Source: Candidatus Bipolaricaulota bacterium | GTDB taxonomy: Bacteria; Patescibacteriota; Patescibacteriia; UBA11705; DATKZF01 | Assembly: GCA_035528115.1 (NCBI GenBank) | Contig: DATKZF010000002.1 | Coordinates: forward strand, 5,751-69,750 | DNA: 64,000 nt | Direction: 5' to 3' | Part shown: positions 17,288 to 27,389 of the stretch, piece after piece | Layout of the letters: each line of letters begins with the position of its first letter | Position numbering within the stretch: position 1 is the stretch's first letter | Made by a program: the position numbers and the translations under genes | The notes under the pieces: generated by a model | Databases searched by the model: none | Told to the model about the DNA's origin: nothing | The model's input: only the letters and a program-made list of their open reading frames with translations

Positions 17288-17884
17288 ATGTTCAAATGGA
17301 TACTCTTTGACCAAGCCAATGTCTTAACGCACCATGTTTTTACCACCAAACCGCTTTATTGCGCTGACAATCAGTGCTTTCCGGCCAAAGATTTGGAAAA
17401 AATTTATTACAGCCCCGAATTCTCCGCTTTCGAACTGGGTAAATTGGATTCGACCGCTCTGATCGATTCTTTTTTAAAACAACACAAAATCTGTCTGACC
17501 GTTCAAGGCTATAAAAAAATTTATCGGGAAAGCATTGAGCCGATCTTCGGCATGAAGGAAATAATCGAAAAATTAAAACAAAATTTCAGATTGGCGACTT
17601 TAATCAATGAAGGCGCCGAATGGGCGGAGCATAAATTCGAAGCCATGGGGTATAAACATTTTTTTGAACGAAATATCATCTCCGGCGATTTGGGAATGGT
17701 CAAGCCGGATGAAAGAATTTATAAAAAAGCTTTGGAGATAATCAATGCCGCGCCGGACGAATGCCTTTTCATCGACGATTTGGAGAAAAATTGCCGCGGC
17801 GCGGAAAACGTCGGCATAAAAGCCATTATGTTCATCAGTCCTGAGCAATTAACCAGGGAACTTGAAAAACTTTCAGTAATTTAA
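17288..17884 (+). CDS. HAD-superfamily hydrolase
   Basis: ILFDQANVL motif I-like start and C-terminal LFIDDLEKN (HAD motif IV DD). Confidence 0.6.
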   Translation: MFKWILFDQANVLTHHVFTTKPLYCADNQCFPAKDLEKIYYSPEFSAFELGKLDSTALIDSFLKQHKICLTVQGYKKIYRESIEPIFGMKEIIEKLKQNFRLATLINEGAEWAEHKFEAMGYKHFFERNIISGDLGMVKPDERIYKKALEIINAAPDECLFIDDLEKNCRGAENVGIKAIMFISPEQLTRELEKLSVI

Positions 17885-17892
17885 AAACAAAA

Positions 17893-17950
17893 ACGCCCAG
17901 CACCTTTTTGAAAGATAATTCATTTTTCAAAAAGGTGCTGGGCGTTTTTT
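17893..17950. terminator. bidirectional rho-independent terminator (16-bp stem cgcccagcaccttttt/aaaaaggtgctgggcg + T6)
   Basis: Lies between convergent genes. T/A runs on both sides. Confidence 0.6.
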
Positions 17951-17960
17951 ATCGTTGATT

Positions 17961-20153
17961 TTACGGATTGGTGATTTCAAGCTTTATCTGGCCATTATAA
18001 TTCGGAATGACCGACACCTGATAGTCAAAGGATGAAACCCGTTGATTTTGAAGACTTAAATAAAACGTTAAATTTCTTGGATTGGTATAAAACTGAAAAT
18101 ACCCGTTTGAATCCGTTGTTGCCAATAATTTATATGGCGATACGACATCATGAATTTCAACATATCCAATTCCTTCTTTTGTAACTTTATCCACGACCCA
18201 ACCGGAAATCATTCCCTGATTGCTGTCATTGGGACTGTATGAATAGGTTATTTGTGGAGATTCGTAAGAATCATTGATTATTTCAAGCGTCATCTGGCCA
18301 TTATAATTTGGGACGACAGACACCAGATATTCACCGCTGGGCGAAGCCCAATGATTGTGGATGCGTATCTTAAACTTTAATATCTTTGGGTCGGTAGAAA
18401 TCTGAAAATACCCGTTTGAGTCGGTCGTAGCCAATACAAGCGGACTCATATATGAAGCGGCGGTAATTTCTACATTGGCAATACCTTGTTTTGTGACATT
18501 ATCAATAACCCGACCGGAAATCATCCCATTGTTGCTATCATTCGGACTATAAGAATAAGTTACTTGCGGATATTTATAATTATTGTTATCCGGAGTAAGG
18601 CTGAAATCAGCCCTATACGAATTACCCAAAATTATTGACTTTTCAGCGGGATACAAGTTACCACTATACGCCTTAATTAAAAGGCTCTTGCCTCTAGTCC
18701 CGTAAAAATTAAATGAATACTCACCATTAATGTCTGTGCGGACATAAACGCGAGAGTTGCCCTGCAAAGCAGCTACTTCTACGGCCGGAATCGGCTGTCC
18801 GGTAACGCTGTTCGTCACTTTACCTCTAATTAAGAAGTATTCGAAATTCGGAATATTGCATGTCGGGCAAAGCGTTGGATTATTTATCTCGGGACGAATT
18901 TCAACTCTATAATCAGCAATGACTGAAACCTGATATCTAATTGATGTATCAGGAGAATAATCCAAATCCTTAGCGCTAAAATAAAGATTGATTACGCCGG
19001 GGACGTGATAAAAACTGAAATACCCATTAGAATCAGTAATCGGCTGATTTTTAAAACTAACCGGTTCACCGGCGACGCCCACCATAACATTGCCGATTCC
19101 TTTTTTAGTTGTTTTATCGATCAAAAATCCTGAGACTAACCCTTGCTTCACTTTATATCCATCAGGGGTTGGGCTATAGGAATAAGAAGCTGTAGGAATT
19201 TTTACTACCGTCTCTTCAACCGGATAATAAACAATGCTAAAATTCACCTGATTAGTATTACCCAATACAATGGATTTTTGATATGAATTGTAATTATCTT
19301 GCGACGCGGTTAAACGTATTGATTGCCCGTTTATTGCATATATCCGCAATGAATAATTACCGTTAACATCCGTTCTGTCTGAAGATGAATTTATTGAATT
19401 GGTTATCAAAATATTTGGTACCGGCTGACCATTCGCGCTATTTATCACCTTACCGCTGATCGTGAAGTATTGATAATTTTCGCTTACAGGAGTGGGCACT
19501 GTGCCTCCCGTCGGATAAACATAACCCGTATTCACCGAAATCTGCGACAAATCGGAATTGGTGATGCCAAGTCCTAATTTTCGCATCATGGTGTAAGCCG
19601 CGTCGGCACTACCCAAATAATATCTTCGTCCGTCCGAAGGATTAACATACCAAGCTTCGCCCGCGTGCTGAACCTGTAAAAATATTTTGCCTTTTTGATT
19701 ATTGGCGAAATTTAAATCAACGACTTTGTTGCCGAATCGAATGATCGGGCTGTAGCCGTTTAAAACTTCCGTTTTATCTTCATAACCATCGCCATCGCTG
19801 TCGCGAGAATTGGGATTGGAACCGAGTGATCTTTCGATCACATCAGCCAAACCGTCGCCGTCAGCGTCAATGCCATCGACATTCCAAGTGCCCAAAGGGA
19901 TTTTCATCAAATCCGCGTTGGTGATGCCGATCCCCAGGCTTCTCATTAAATTATAAGCGGCCGCGCCATCGGCCAAATAGATTCTTTTATTGTCGGCCGG
20001 ATTGACATACCAGGCTTCGCCATGATTTTGCACCTGCAATAAAATCTTGCCGGACAAACGCTCGGACATGGTCTGGGCAGAGCCGGAAACAGGTAAAATT
20101 AGCGAAAAAACTAACAGAAATAAACAACTTGAGATAATCAATGATTTTTTCAT
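17961..20153 (-). CDS. secreted surface protein with duplicated N-terminal modules, thrombospondin-type-3-like Ca-binding motifs and 5 carboxypeptidase-regulatory-like beta-sandwich repeats
   Basis: Signal peptide. Tandem LLQVQNHGEAWYVNPADNKRIYL / FLQVQHAGEAWYVNPSDGRRYYL modules. DADGDGLAD...DSDGDGYED. ISGKVINSANGQPV...TDVNGNYS-type repeats. C-terminal near-identical tandem duplication (MISGRVIDNVTKQGI / MISGWVVDKVTKEGI). Confidence 0.7.
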   Translation of the reverse strand: MKKSLIISSCLFLLVFSLILPVSGSAQTMSERLSGKILLQVQNHGEAWYVNPADNKRIYLADGAAAYNLMRSLGIGITNADLMKIPLGTWNVDGIDADGDGLADVIERSLGSNPNSRDSDGDGYEDKTEVLNGYSPIIRFGNKVVDLNFANNQKGKIFLQVQHAGEAWYVNPSDGRRYYLGSADAAYTMMRKLGLGITNSDLSQISVNTGYVYPTGGTVPTPVSENYQYFTISGKVINSANGQPVPNILITNSINSSSDRTDVNGNYSLRIYAINGQSIRLTASQDNYNSYQKSIVLGNTNQVNFSIVYYPVEETVVKIPTASYSYSPTPDGYKVKQGLVSGFLIDKTTKKGIGNVMVGVAGEPVSFKNQPITDSNGYFSFYHVPGVINLYFSAKDLDYSPDTSIRYQVSVIADYRVEIRPEINNPTLCPTCNIPNFEYFLIRGKVTNSVTGQPIPAVEVAALQGNSRVYVRTDINGEYSFNFYGTRGKSLLIKAYSGNLYPAEKSIILGNSYRADFSLTPDNNNYKYPQVTYSYSPNDSNNGMISGRVIDNVTKQGIANVEITAASYMSPLVLATTDSNGYFQISTDPKILKFKIRIHNHWASPSGEYLVSVVPNYNGQMTLEIINDSYESPQITYSYSPNDSNQGMISGWVVDKVTKEGIGYVEIHDVVSPYKLLATTDSNGYFQFYTNPRNLTFYLSLQNQRVSSFDYQVSVIPNYNGQIKLEITNP

Positions 20154-20396
20154 AACTCACTATTTATTATTAACTTGAAATTTTAGCATATTAAAGCTAT
20201 AAAGTCAAGCACTATTCCTAATTACAATTTAACATTTAAAATGGCTTTTCTTCAAACAAAAAACATCGAACAGATATCGATGCCGCTGAATGAATTTCAA
20301 TTTTCAGGAAAAGATTTCTCCACGCGCCCTTATGGGCTTGGTCGAAATGACAAAAAGATACTACTCCCTATTCCCTTTTGCCTATTGCCTCAATTG

Positions 20397-22055
20397 CTAC
20401 TGCCCCGCTTCCCTGATCGATTCTTCCGCAATATCGAGTTTTCCTTTCCTTCTCCACAACCGACGAGCCAAACCGTCTTTTAACCGCAACATCTCTTCGC
20501 TTTTCAATAAATATGAAATCAAAACAAAACAAGCCAAGCCCACTGAACCGGCCACCGCGCCCTGAATGAATATGCCCCAAAATTTTTGCATATCCACGAC
20601 GCGACCTAAAATTTCCTTTGACAATTGAATGGCAATGGCCATGCCTATGGCCGCCAAGGACATTTTGCCCAAAGACGCGGCGATTCTTTTGATTCCGAAA
20701 TCCCCGACTCTGGATCGCAAGAAAACGAACAGCAACGCGAAGTTAACCACATTGGAAACCGTAAAAGCGAAAGACAATCCCATCACCCCGTAATTTTCAA
20801 CCAACAGCAAGCTTAGCGCTATATTGATGGTCATGGAAATCAAACTGATGATAAATGGAACCATAGTGTTTTGCATGGCGTAATACGCTCTGGCCAAAAG
20901 CGGGATCAATGACTGCGCGAAAAGGCTCAGAGCGAAAACCCCAAGCACGTCCGCGGTCAAAATCGTCTCGGTCCAACCGAATTGTCCGGCGCCCAAAACT
21001 ATTCTGACGATTTGAATTCGCAATAAAATAAAAATAATGGTGAACGGCACGGTAAACAACAAAATTTGCCGCAAAGTCGTTTCCAGAGAATTTTTAAAAT
21101 CTCCCATGTTCTTTTTGGCGAAAGCAATCGACATGGCCGGAAAGGCCGCCAATGAAAACGCGATGCCGAAAAGGCCTATCGGGAAGCTTTGCAGGTTCGT
21201 GGCGAAGTTGTAAATGGTAATGCTGCCGGCCGTGAGGGTCGAACCCAGAATCGTCACCACGATCAGATTCAATTGAGCCGTGGCGAGTCCCATGGTGCGA
21301 GGAATCATCATCCGGCCGATCTTTCTGATGTTTTTATTTCTCAATTGAAAAACGGGACGATAGCGAAATCCCAGATCAATGGCCACGGGCAACTGCAAAA
21401 TCATGTGCAAAAAAGCTCCCAAAACCACGCCGATCGCCAATCCGTAAATGCCGACATAATCGACTATGAAAAAAGCTCCCAAAATAATGCCCAAATTGTA
21501 CATGATCGGCGCCAAGGAAAAAAGCAAAAATCTTTTGAATGACTGGAGCACGCCTCCGAAGATGCCGCTGATGCCCAAAAAGATCGGACTCAAAAACATT
21601 ATTCTGGTCAAATTCACGGTGACTTGCAGCTGTTCGCCGTTAAAACCCGGGGCGATGTATTTCATCAACCACGGCGTGGCGATAAATAATATACCGCAGG
21701 CCACGGTCAGAAAAATCAAAACCGTGTTCAAAACATTATTCACCAAATCCCATGCGTCTTTATTAGATTCATAACCTTCTTTGTCATGTTTTTTTAACAG
21801 CGAAGTGAATACGGGAATAAAACCGGCTGACAGCGCGCCCAAAATAACCAAATTATAAATCAAATCCGGCACGCGAAAAGCGGCATAATACATGTCCAGC
21901 TCGGCGCCGGCGCCAAATTGTGAGGCCAAGACTCTGTCTCGCACAACACCCAGAAGCCGACTGGCCAACGAAGCAATGCTTATAATGGCCGCGCCGGAAA
22001 TTATCGACGAGCTTTTTGAGTTTAAAAATTTTTTTATTTTGCTTAAAGCTATCAT
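20397..22055 (-). CDS. murJ: lipid II flippase MurJ (MviN family)
   Basis: About 14 TM helices. N-terminal LLGVVRDRVLASQFGAGAELDMYYAAFRVPD typical of MurJ. Confidence 0.85.
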   Translation of the reverse strand: MIALSKIKKFLNSKSSSIISGAAIISIASLASRLLGVVRDRVLASQFGAGAELDMYYAAFRVPDLIYNLVILGALSAGFIPVFTSLLKKHDKEGYESNKDAWDLVNNVLNTVLIFLTVACGILFIATPWLMKYIAPGFNGEQLQVTVNLTRIMFLSPIFLGISGIFGGVLQSFKRFLLFSLAPIMYNLGIILGAFFIVDYVGIYGLAIGVVLGAFLHMILQLPVAIDLGFRYRPVFQLRNKNIRKIGRMMIPRTMGLATAQLNLIVVTILGSTLTAGSITIYNFATNLQSFPIGLFGIAFSLAAFPAMSIAFAKKNMGDFKNSLETTLRQILLFTVPFTIIFILLRIQIVRIVLGAGQFGWTETILTADVLGVFALSLFAQSLIPLLARAYYAMQNTMVPFIISLISMTINIALSLLLVENYGVMGLSFAFTVSNVVNFALLFVFLRSRVGDFGIKRIAASLGKMSLAAIGMAIAIQLSKEILGRVVDMQKFWGIFIQGAVAGSVGLACFVLISYLLKSEEMLRLKDGLARRLWRRKGKLDIAEESIREAGQ

Positions 22056-22063
22056 TTACTTTA

Positions 22064-22168
22064 TTGTTACGAGATTTACAAGATTTTTGTACAAAATCTT
22101 ACAGATTATATAGTTCCATATCTTGTACTATCTGGTATGTAAATCTTGTAGATCTCGTAACTAACATA
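22064..22168. repeat. YGTAA short-repeat array (TCTTGTA / TCTCGTAA units)
   Basis: gttacgagatttacaagatttttgtacaaaatcttacag...atcttgtactatctggtatgtaaatcttgtagatctcgtaac. Confidence 0.5.
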
Positions 22169-23243
22169 TTAATTTAGCCATCATCAATTCCTCATTGGCC
22201 GGCACTACCAACACTTTTGCTTTGATCGGCAATCCCGATATTATCAATTTTCTGATTTGCCCGCTTCTTTCCCCGATTCCGGCGGTGAACGCAATGGCGT
22301 CAACTTTGCCCAAAACAGCGGCGTACGCGCCTATGTATTTTTTGATTCTGTAAACAAACATGTCCAAAGCGAGCTTGGCTGGCTTTTTTTCGGAAGCTAA
22401 AATTTCGCGCATGTCCTTGAAACCGGAGACGCCGTAAAACCCCGATTCGAAATTTAACATTTTTTCAATCGCGGGCAATTTATAACCTTTTTTATTCAAA
22501 TGAAAAACAATGGCCGGATCGATATCTCCGCTTCTGGTGGCCATCATCAAGCCTTCAAGCGGCGTAAAACCCATGGATGTATCTATTGGTTTGCCATTTT
22601 GAATGGCGGAAATACTGCATCCCGAACCCAAATGGCAGGTTATCAAATTCAGCCGACTTAATTTTTTATTCAGTCTTTTTGAGCTGTTTTCAGCCACAAA
22701 CTGATGAGATAATCCATGAAATCCGTAACGTCTGATGTTCATTTTTTCCGTCAGCTTCATCGGTAAAGGATAATACTTTGTCCGATCGGGCAAATCATGA
22801 AAAAAGGCGGTGTCAAAGCAGGCGTAGTTTTTAGCTTGTGGCAACAGCTTTATAACCGCCTTAATTCCTGCCAAATTATGCGGATTATGAAGCGGAGCCA
22901 AGTCGTTTAATTTTTCCAATTCCTTAATATTTTTTGAATTGACCAAAAGCGGTTTATAAAACTTTTCTCCGCCATGAACATAACGGTGTCCGACTTTTTT
23001 CATGGATGAAAGATCGATTTTTTTCGATGTCAAAAACAAAAAAACAGCGGTAATCGCCTCATGATGATTTTTTATTTTAACTATAGTCTTATGGCCGTCA
23101 AAGTCGCAAAACGATTGACCGCTAATTTGCTCCACTATCCCTGCATGAAGCTTCTTTAAATTTTGATCAAACAATTTGAATTTTACACTGGAGGAACCGG
23201 CATTGATTATTAATATCAAATTTCCCATACCAAAATTACTCAA
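22161..23243 (-). CDS. ackA: acetate (propionate) kinase family protein
   Basis: N-terminal ILIINAGSSSVKFKLF (acetate kinase signature 1). About 360 aa. Confidence 0.8.
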   Translation of the reverse strand: MSNFGMGNLILIINAGSSSVKFKLFDQNLKKLHAGIVEQISGQSFCDFDGHKTIVKIKNHHEAITAVFLFLTSKKIDLSSMKKVGHRYVHGGEKFYKPLLVNSKNIKELEKLNDLAPLHNPHNLAGIKAVIKLLPQAKNYACFDTAFFHDLPDRTKYYPLPMKLTEKMNIRRYGFHGLSHQFVAENSSKRLNKKLSRLNLITCHLGSGCSISAIQNGKPIDTSMGFTPLEGLMMATRSGDIDPAIVFHLNKKGYKLPAIEKMLNFESGFYGVSGFKDMREILASEKKPAKLALDMFVYRIKKYIGAYAAVLGKVDAIAFTAGIGERSGQIRKLIISGLPIKAKVLVVPANEELMMAKLIC

Positions 23244-23799
23244 TTATAAGCTCTCCCTCTCCAACCGGCGCCAAATCGGCCGCATTGCCTTCATCAGTGT
23301 CTATTTGAAACGATTGGTCGAAATTCCCTTTCACGCGAATAACAACTTGGTCAAAAACCAAAGCGCGGTCGCCGCCGACTTTTACCTTAACAATATCGCC
23401 GTTCTTTAAACCAAGCTCCGTAGCTTGCGACTCGGAAAGATGAACATGGCGCTTGGCCACTATCAAACCTTCCTTTAACTCCGCTTCTCCCGCCGGACCT
23501 ATGATTTTGATGGCTCCGGAACCGGCCACATCTCCGGAAACCCTGAGCGGGGCTTCGCTGCCGAGAAAAAAAGCGTCCGTTCTGGAAATTTCAACTTGCG
23601 TGTTCACTCTGACCGGACCGATCACGGTCACGTTTTCCAATTGCCTTTTCGGACCGACTAAAGTCACCTTGGCTGAACTGGCGAATTCGCCGTGCTGGGA
23701 TAATTCTTTTCCCGGCTCCAATTTATAACCCTTGCCGAATAATTTTTCCAAATCCTTTTGACATAAATGCAAGTGGCGGGCGGAGATTTCTATTTTCAT
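23236..23799 (-). CDS. pduL: PduL-type phosphate acyltransferase
   Basis: Duplicated PduL modules: ISARHLHLCQKDLEKLFG...VRVNTQVEISRTDAFFLG and IVAKRHVHLSESQATELG. Overlaps ackA by 8 nt. Confidence 0.75.
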   Translation of the reverse strand: MKIEISARHLHLCQKDLEKLFGKGYKLEPGKELSQHGEFASSAKVTLVGPKRQLENVTVIGPVRVNTQVEISRTDAFFLGSEAPLRVSGDVAGSGAIKIIGPAGEAELKEGLIVAKRHVHLSESQATELGLKNGDIVKVKVGGDRALVFDQVVIRVKGNFDQSFQIDTDEGNAADLAPVGEGELIIE

Positions 23800-23808
23800 A
23801 TTTTTTTG

Positions 23809-23866
23809 AATTTACAAGATTACAAGATCAGTGTACAAGATATACAAGATTCCTAATCTTGTGACT
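23809..23866. repeat. YGTAA short-repeat array (TACAAGA x4, inverse orientation)
   Basis: aatttacaagattacaagatcagtgtacaagatatacaagattcctaatcttgtgac. Confidence 0.5.
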
Positions 23867-24254
23867 TTTTCTGATGCTCAGGATCATTTACGACTCGACG
23901 AACCTGAACTTCTTCGCTATTAAATAAAATTATCAGGCCTAATCTCAAATCTGTTGCCACAAGATATTCATATAATTGATCAAAATGTTTTTTTATTATT
24001 TTTTTTCCGACTTTCAATTCAACTAGCATTTTATTTTCTATCAAGAAATCCGCTCTCCTTCTGACAGAGTATTTCCCCTTATGCAATAAATTTATCGCAT
24101 ATTGCCTTTGGACACGAATGCCCTTCTCCATTATCATTTGATAAGCTATATCCTCATAATATCTTTCCCTGAAGCCAAAATCATTTTCATTATAAACCTC
24201 AAAAAATATTCCAATTATCTTATCACTCAAATCTTTATAATAAAACTCTGGCAT
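23853..24254 (-). CDS. GxxExxY family protein (PD-(D/E)xK-like)
   Basis: IIGIFFEVYNENDFGFRERYYEDIAYQMIMEKGI and ADFLIENKMLVELK match the GxxExxY family. Paralog at 35371-35745. Confidence 0.6.
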   Translation of the reverse strand: MPEFYYKDLSDKIIGIFFEVYNENDFGFRERYYEDIAYQMIMEKGIRVQRQYAINLLHKGKYSVRRRADFLIENKMLVELKVGKKIIKKHFDQLYEYLVATDLRLGLIILFNSEEVQVRRVVNDPEHQKKSQD

Positions 24255-24262
24255 ATATTAAC

Positions 24263-24370
24263 AATCTACAAAATCACGAGATCAACGTACAAGATACCAA
24301 ATACGCTAATCTTGTACATCTTGTAATCCGTATAATCTTGTAACGCAATATCTTGTAATCTCGTAAATTA
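24263..24370. repeat. YGTAA short-repeat array incl. ~55-bp unit catcttgtaatccgtataatcttgtaacgcaatatcttgtaatctcgtaa
   Basis: Near-identical unit recurs inside the GT4 ORF at 31096-31160. Confidence 0.55.
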
Positions 24371-24371
24371 A

Positions 24372-25337
24372 TTATTTACTTAAAAGTCCGTTCTGCGCCC
24401 CGATCTTCGCCACCACTGCTCCGCTGTTTTTCAATCCCAAATCCAAAGCTTTTTTCGCGTCATGATCGTATTTTATCAATCCGGCCAAAAAACCCGAGCC
24501 GAAAGCATCGCCAGCGCCGACTGTGTCCACGACGTTTTTTCCCATGGCCGGCAGATGATAAAACTTGCCCGCCGCGTCCAAAAGATTGGCGCCGCCGGCG
24601 CCTTCGGTCACCACCACGGCGATCGGGCCGAGTTGCTTTAATTTATTCGTTAGAAATTTCACGTTGTTTAATTTCGAACTTTTTCCAAAAAAAGTCATGA
24701 CCAGTTGTATTGCTTCGTCTTTATTTACAATCAAAATTTCTGTCTGCGTTAAAAACGGCAACATCAAAGAAACCCGATTAATTTGCTTTTGTCCGGGGTT
24801 CCAAACGATAAGCGAAGCGTCCTTTCTGGCTTTGTTAAAAACTTTTTTTAATTCAACTTCCCAATTTTTCTGGCTTTGAGCGGCGACATAAAAATAATCG
24901 GCTTTGAATTCAGTGAGCAGGGTTTGAGAATAACTAAAATTTGCGCTCGCGCCTTTGTGAGTGAAAATGACGTGATCTTTAAATTTTTTCGAACCCAAAA
25001 TAAAAGAAAAGCCGGTCAGCTCTTTTTTATTTTTTAAAATCAAGGAAACATCAATTCCGTTTTTCTTGAAATTCTCAAGCATCTGATCGGAATCATCTCC
25101 CACGCAGCCCACCGGCGCGACTTTGATCCCCAGTTTATTCAAACCAAAGGAAACATTGCCCGCTCCCCCGCCGAAATTATAATAAACCTTATCAATCGGC
25201 AGTTTGGCGCCGTACTCGAAAGCGAACATTTTCTGGCGCGTCAAATCTTTTTTGTTTTCAATGACAAAAACCTCGTCGCTGAAAAACTCGATGTCTTTGA
25301 TCAAACTTCCAAAAACGGCGACCTGATATTTCTTCAT
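24372..25337 (-). CDS. PfkB-family carbohydrate/nucleoside kinase (ribokinase-like)
   Basis: PfkB signature DTVGAGDAFGSGFLAGL near the C-terminus. GG motif NFGGGAGN near the N-terminus. Confidence 0.8.
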   Translation of the reverse strand: MKKYQVAVFGSLIKDIEFFSDEVFVIENKKDLTRQKMFAFEYGAKLPIDKVYYNFGGGAGNVSFGLNKLGIKVAPVGCVGDDSDQMLENFKKNGIDVSLILKNKKELTGFSFILGSKKFKDHVIFTHKGASANFSYSQTLLTEFKADYFYVAAQSQKNWEVELKKVFNKARKDASLIVWNPGQKQINRVSLMLPFLTQTEILIVNKDEAIQLVMTFFGKSSKLNNVKFLTNKLKQLGPIAVVVTEGAGGANLLDAAGKFYHLPAMGKNVVDTVGAGDAFGSGFLAGLIKYDHDAKKALDLGLKNSGAVVAKIGAQNGLLSK

Positions 25338-25341
25338 AAAT

Positions 25342-26715
25342 TTATTTTAACTTTTCGCTTAAATAATCTTTCAACTCTCCAACCTTCACTCTCTCCTGCT
25401 TCATCGAATCCCGATCTCTGACCGTCACCGAATCATCTTTTTCAATGGTGTCAAAATCAATGGTCACGCAATACGGCGTGCCGATTTCGTCTTGTCGTCG
25501 GTAACGTTTGCCGATATTGCCGTTGTCGTCAAATTCAACCAGCCAATTTTTTCTCAAGGAATCATAAACTTCTCTGGCTTTTTCAACCAGCTTGGGTTTG
25601 TTTTTAAGCAACGGAAACACGGCCACTTTGATCGGCGCCAGCGATATTGGAAATTTCATCACCACTCGTTCGCCATCATCAAGTTTTTCTTCATTGTACG
25701 CTGACAGCAACGCAAGCAAAATACTTCTTTCCAAACCGAAAGTGGGCTCAATCACGTGCGGAATATATTTTTCTCCGGTTCCCGGATCCGTATATTCCAA
25801 TTTTTGACCGGTGGCTTTGGCGTGACTGGTCAAATCAAAATCGGTTCGATTAGCCAAACCGAAAAGCTCGTTGAAACCAAACGGATAATTATATTCAATA
25901 TCAACCGTCTTTTTGGAATAATGACACAATTTTTCCTTCGGATGTTCGCGACGACGCAAATCTTTTTTATCCGCTCCCAGACTCAAAGCGAAAGATTCCT
26001 GATCGTCCAGCCAAGTATCAAACATCTTTTTCCATTTGTCTTTGGGAGAAATGAAGTATTCGATCTCCATTATTTCAAATTCCCTTAACCTAAATATAAA
26101 ATTGCCGGCTACGATCTCATTGCGAAAAGATTTACCGATCTGGGCGATGCCGAAAGGAATTTTAACCCTGGACGAATCCAAAACATTTTTAAAATCAATA
26201 AAAATAGCGCCGGCTGTTTCCGGGCGCAAATAAACAACACTTTCAGCTTCGTCGCTGACATTGTTCATTTCCGTTTTGAACATCATGTTAAACCCGCGCG
26301 CTTCCGTCCAATCAATTGACCCGCACACCGGACACTTTATCTTTCCTTTTTTCAAAACTTCGTTCATTTTCTTCAAATCGCCTTCCAAATCAAGCCCGGT
26401 CGCGTCTTCGACCAAATGATCCGCGCGAAATCTATGTTTGCATTTTTTGCAATCCACCAAAGCGTCGTTGAAGCCTTTGGTATGCCCGGAAGCTTCCCAT
26501 AATTTGGGATGCAATAAAATGGGACCGTCAATTCCCACGATGTCGGGTCTATTGTGAACAAACGTTTTCCACCACAAATTTTTAATGTTTTTTTTCAGCT
26601 CAACGCCGTAAGGCCCGTAGCTATAAGTTCCGGCCAAACCTCCATAAATTTCCGAACCGGGATAGACGAAGCCTCGACGTTTGCACAAGCTGACTAATTT
26701 TTCCATTGTATCCAT
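25342..26715 (-). CDS. glyQS: glycyl-tRNA synthetase, alpha2 (archaeal/eukaryal-like) type
   Basis: MEKLVSLCKRRGFVYPGSEIYGGLAGTYSYGPYGVELKKNIKNLWW N-terminus. Class II motifs. C-terminal anticodon-binding domain. Confidence 0.9.
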   Translation of the reverse strand: MDTMEKLVSLCKRRGFVYPGSEIYGGLAGTYSYGPYGVELKKNIKNLWWKTFVHNRPDIVGIDGPILLHPKLWEASGHTKGFNDALVDCKKCKHRFRADHLVEDATGLDLEGDLKKMNEVLKKGKIKCPVCGSIDWTEARGFNMMFKTEMNNVSDEAESVVYLRPETAGAIFIDFKNVLDSSRVKIPFGIAQIGKSFRNEIVAGNFIFRLREFEIMEIEYFISPKDKWKKMFDTWLDDQESFALSLGADKKDLRRREHPKEKLCHYSKKTVDIEYNYPFGFNELFGLANRTDFDLTSHAKATGQKLEYTDPGTGEKYIPHVIEPTFGLERSILLALLSAYNEEKLDDGERVVMKFPISLAPIKVAVFPLLKNKPKLVEKAREVYDSLRKNWLVEFDDNGNIGKRYRRQDEIGTPYCVTIDFDTIEKDDSVTVRDRDSMKQERVKVGELKDYLSEKLK

Positions 26716-26777
26716 ATTTTTTCATCGATCACGTATCATGGATCACATATCATTTCGAAATGCCCCATGTTCCATGA

Positions 26778-27332
26778 CTATATAGTCATTATTTCCTTCC
26801 TCTTCTTCTCCGCCATTTCTTCCAGGTTTTTGTTTAACGCTTCCACGTGTTTATCCAGTTCCTCGCGATAAGCGTAGCGATTGTCTTCGGTGAGTTCAGA
26901 AGCTTTAAACGCTTTTTCAATTTCTTCTTTCACCTTGTCTCTCAATTGCCTGACGCTGATTTTGGCGGTTTCCAATTTCTCGCCCAAAAGTTTAACGAGA
27001 TTTTTCCTTGACTCCTCGGTCATTTGCGGAAAGACGACGCGCACCACCGTATCGTCTATTGAAGTGCTAACGCCCAAATTCGCCTCAGAAATGGCCTTTT
27101 CAATGCTTTTGAGCAATGTTTTATCCCAGGGCTCGATTCTAAGCGACCGAGCTTCGGGCACGGAAATGCTGGCCAATTGCTTCAATGGCGTGGGCGCGCC
27201 ATAGGCGTCCGCGAAAAGCCCCTCGACCATGGCCGGATTGGCTCGACCGGTTCTGATTTTCGATAATTCCTCTCGAAAAAAATCCATGGAATTTTCAAAA
27301 GCCTCTTTAAATTTGCTTATAAATTCATTCAT
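26778..27332 (-). CDS. frr: ribosome recycling factor
   Basis: 184 aa. EELSKIRTGRANPAMVEGL and VRQLRDKVKEE motifs. Confidence 0.9.
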   Translation of the reverse strand: MNEFISKFKEAFENSMDFFREELSKIRTGRANPAMVEGLFADAYGAPTPLKQLASISVPEARSLRIEPWDKTLLKSIEKAISEANLGVSTSIDDTVVRVVFPQMTEESRKNLVKLLGEKLETAKISVRQLRDKVKEEIEKAFKASELTEDNRYAYREELDKHVEALNKNLEEMAEKKRKEIMTI

Positions 27333-27389
27333 ACGTTTAATTAATAACTAATTTAACTTTTCAAACCACTCTAACTATGAACTTTTAAA

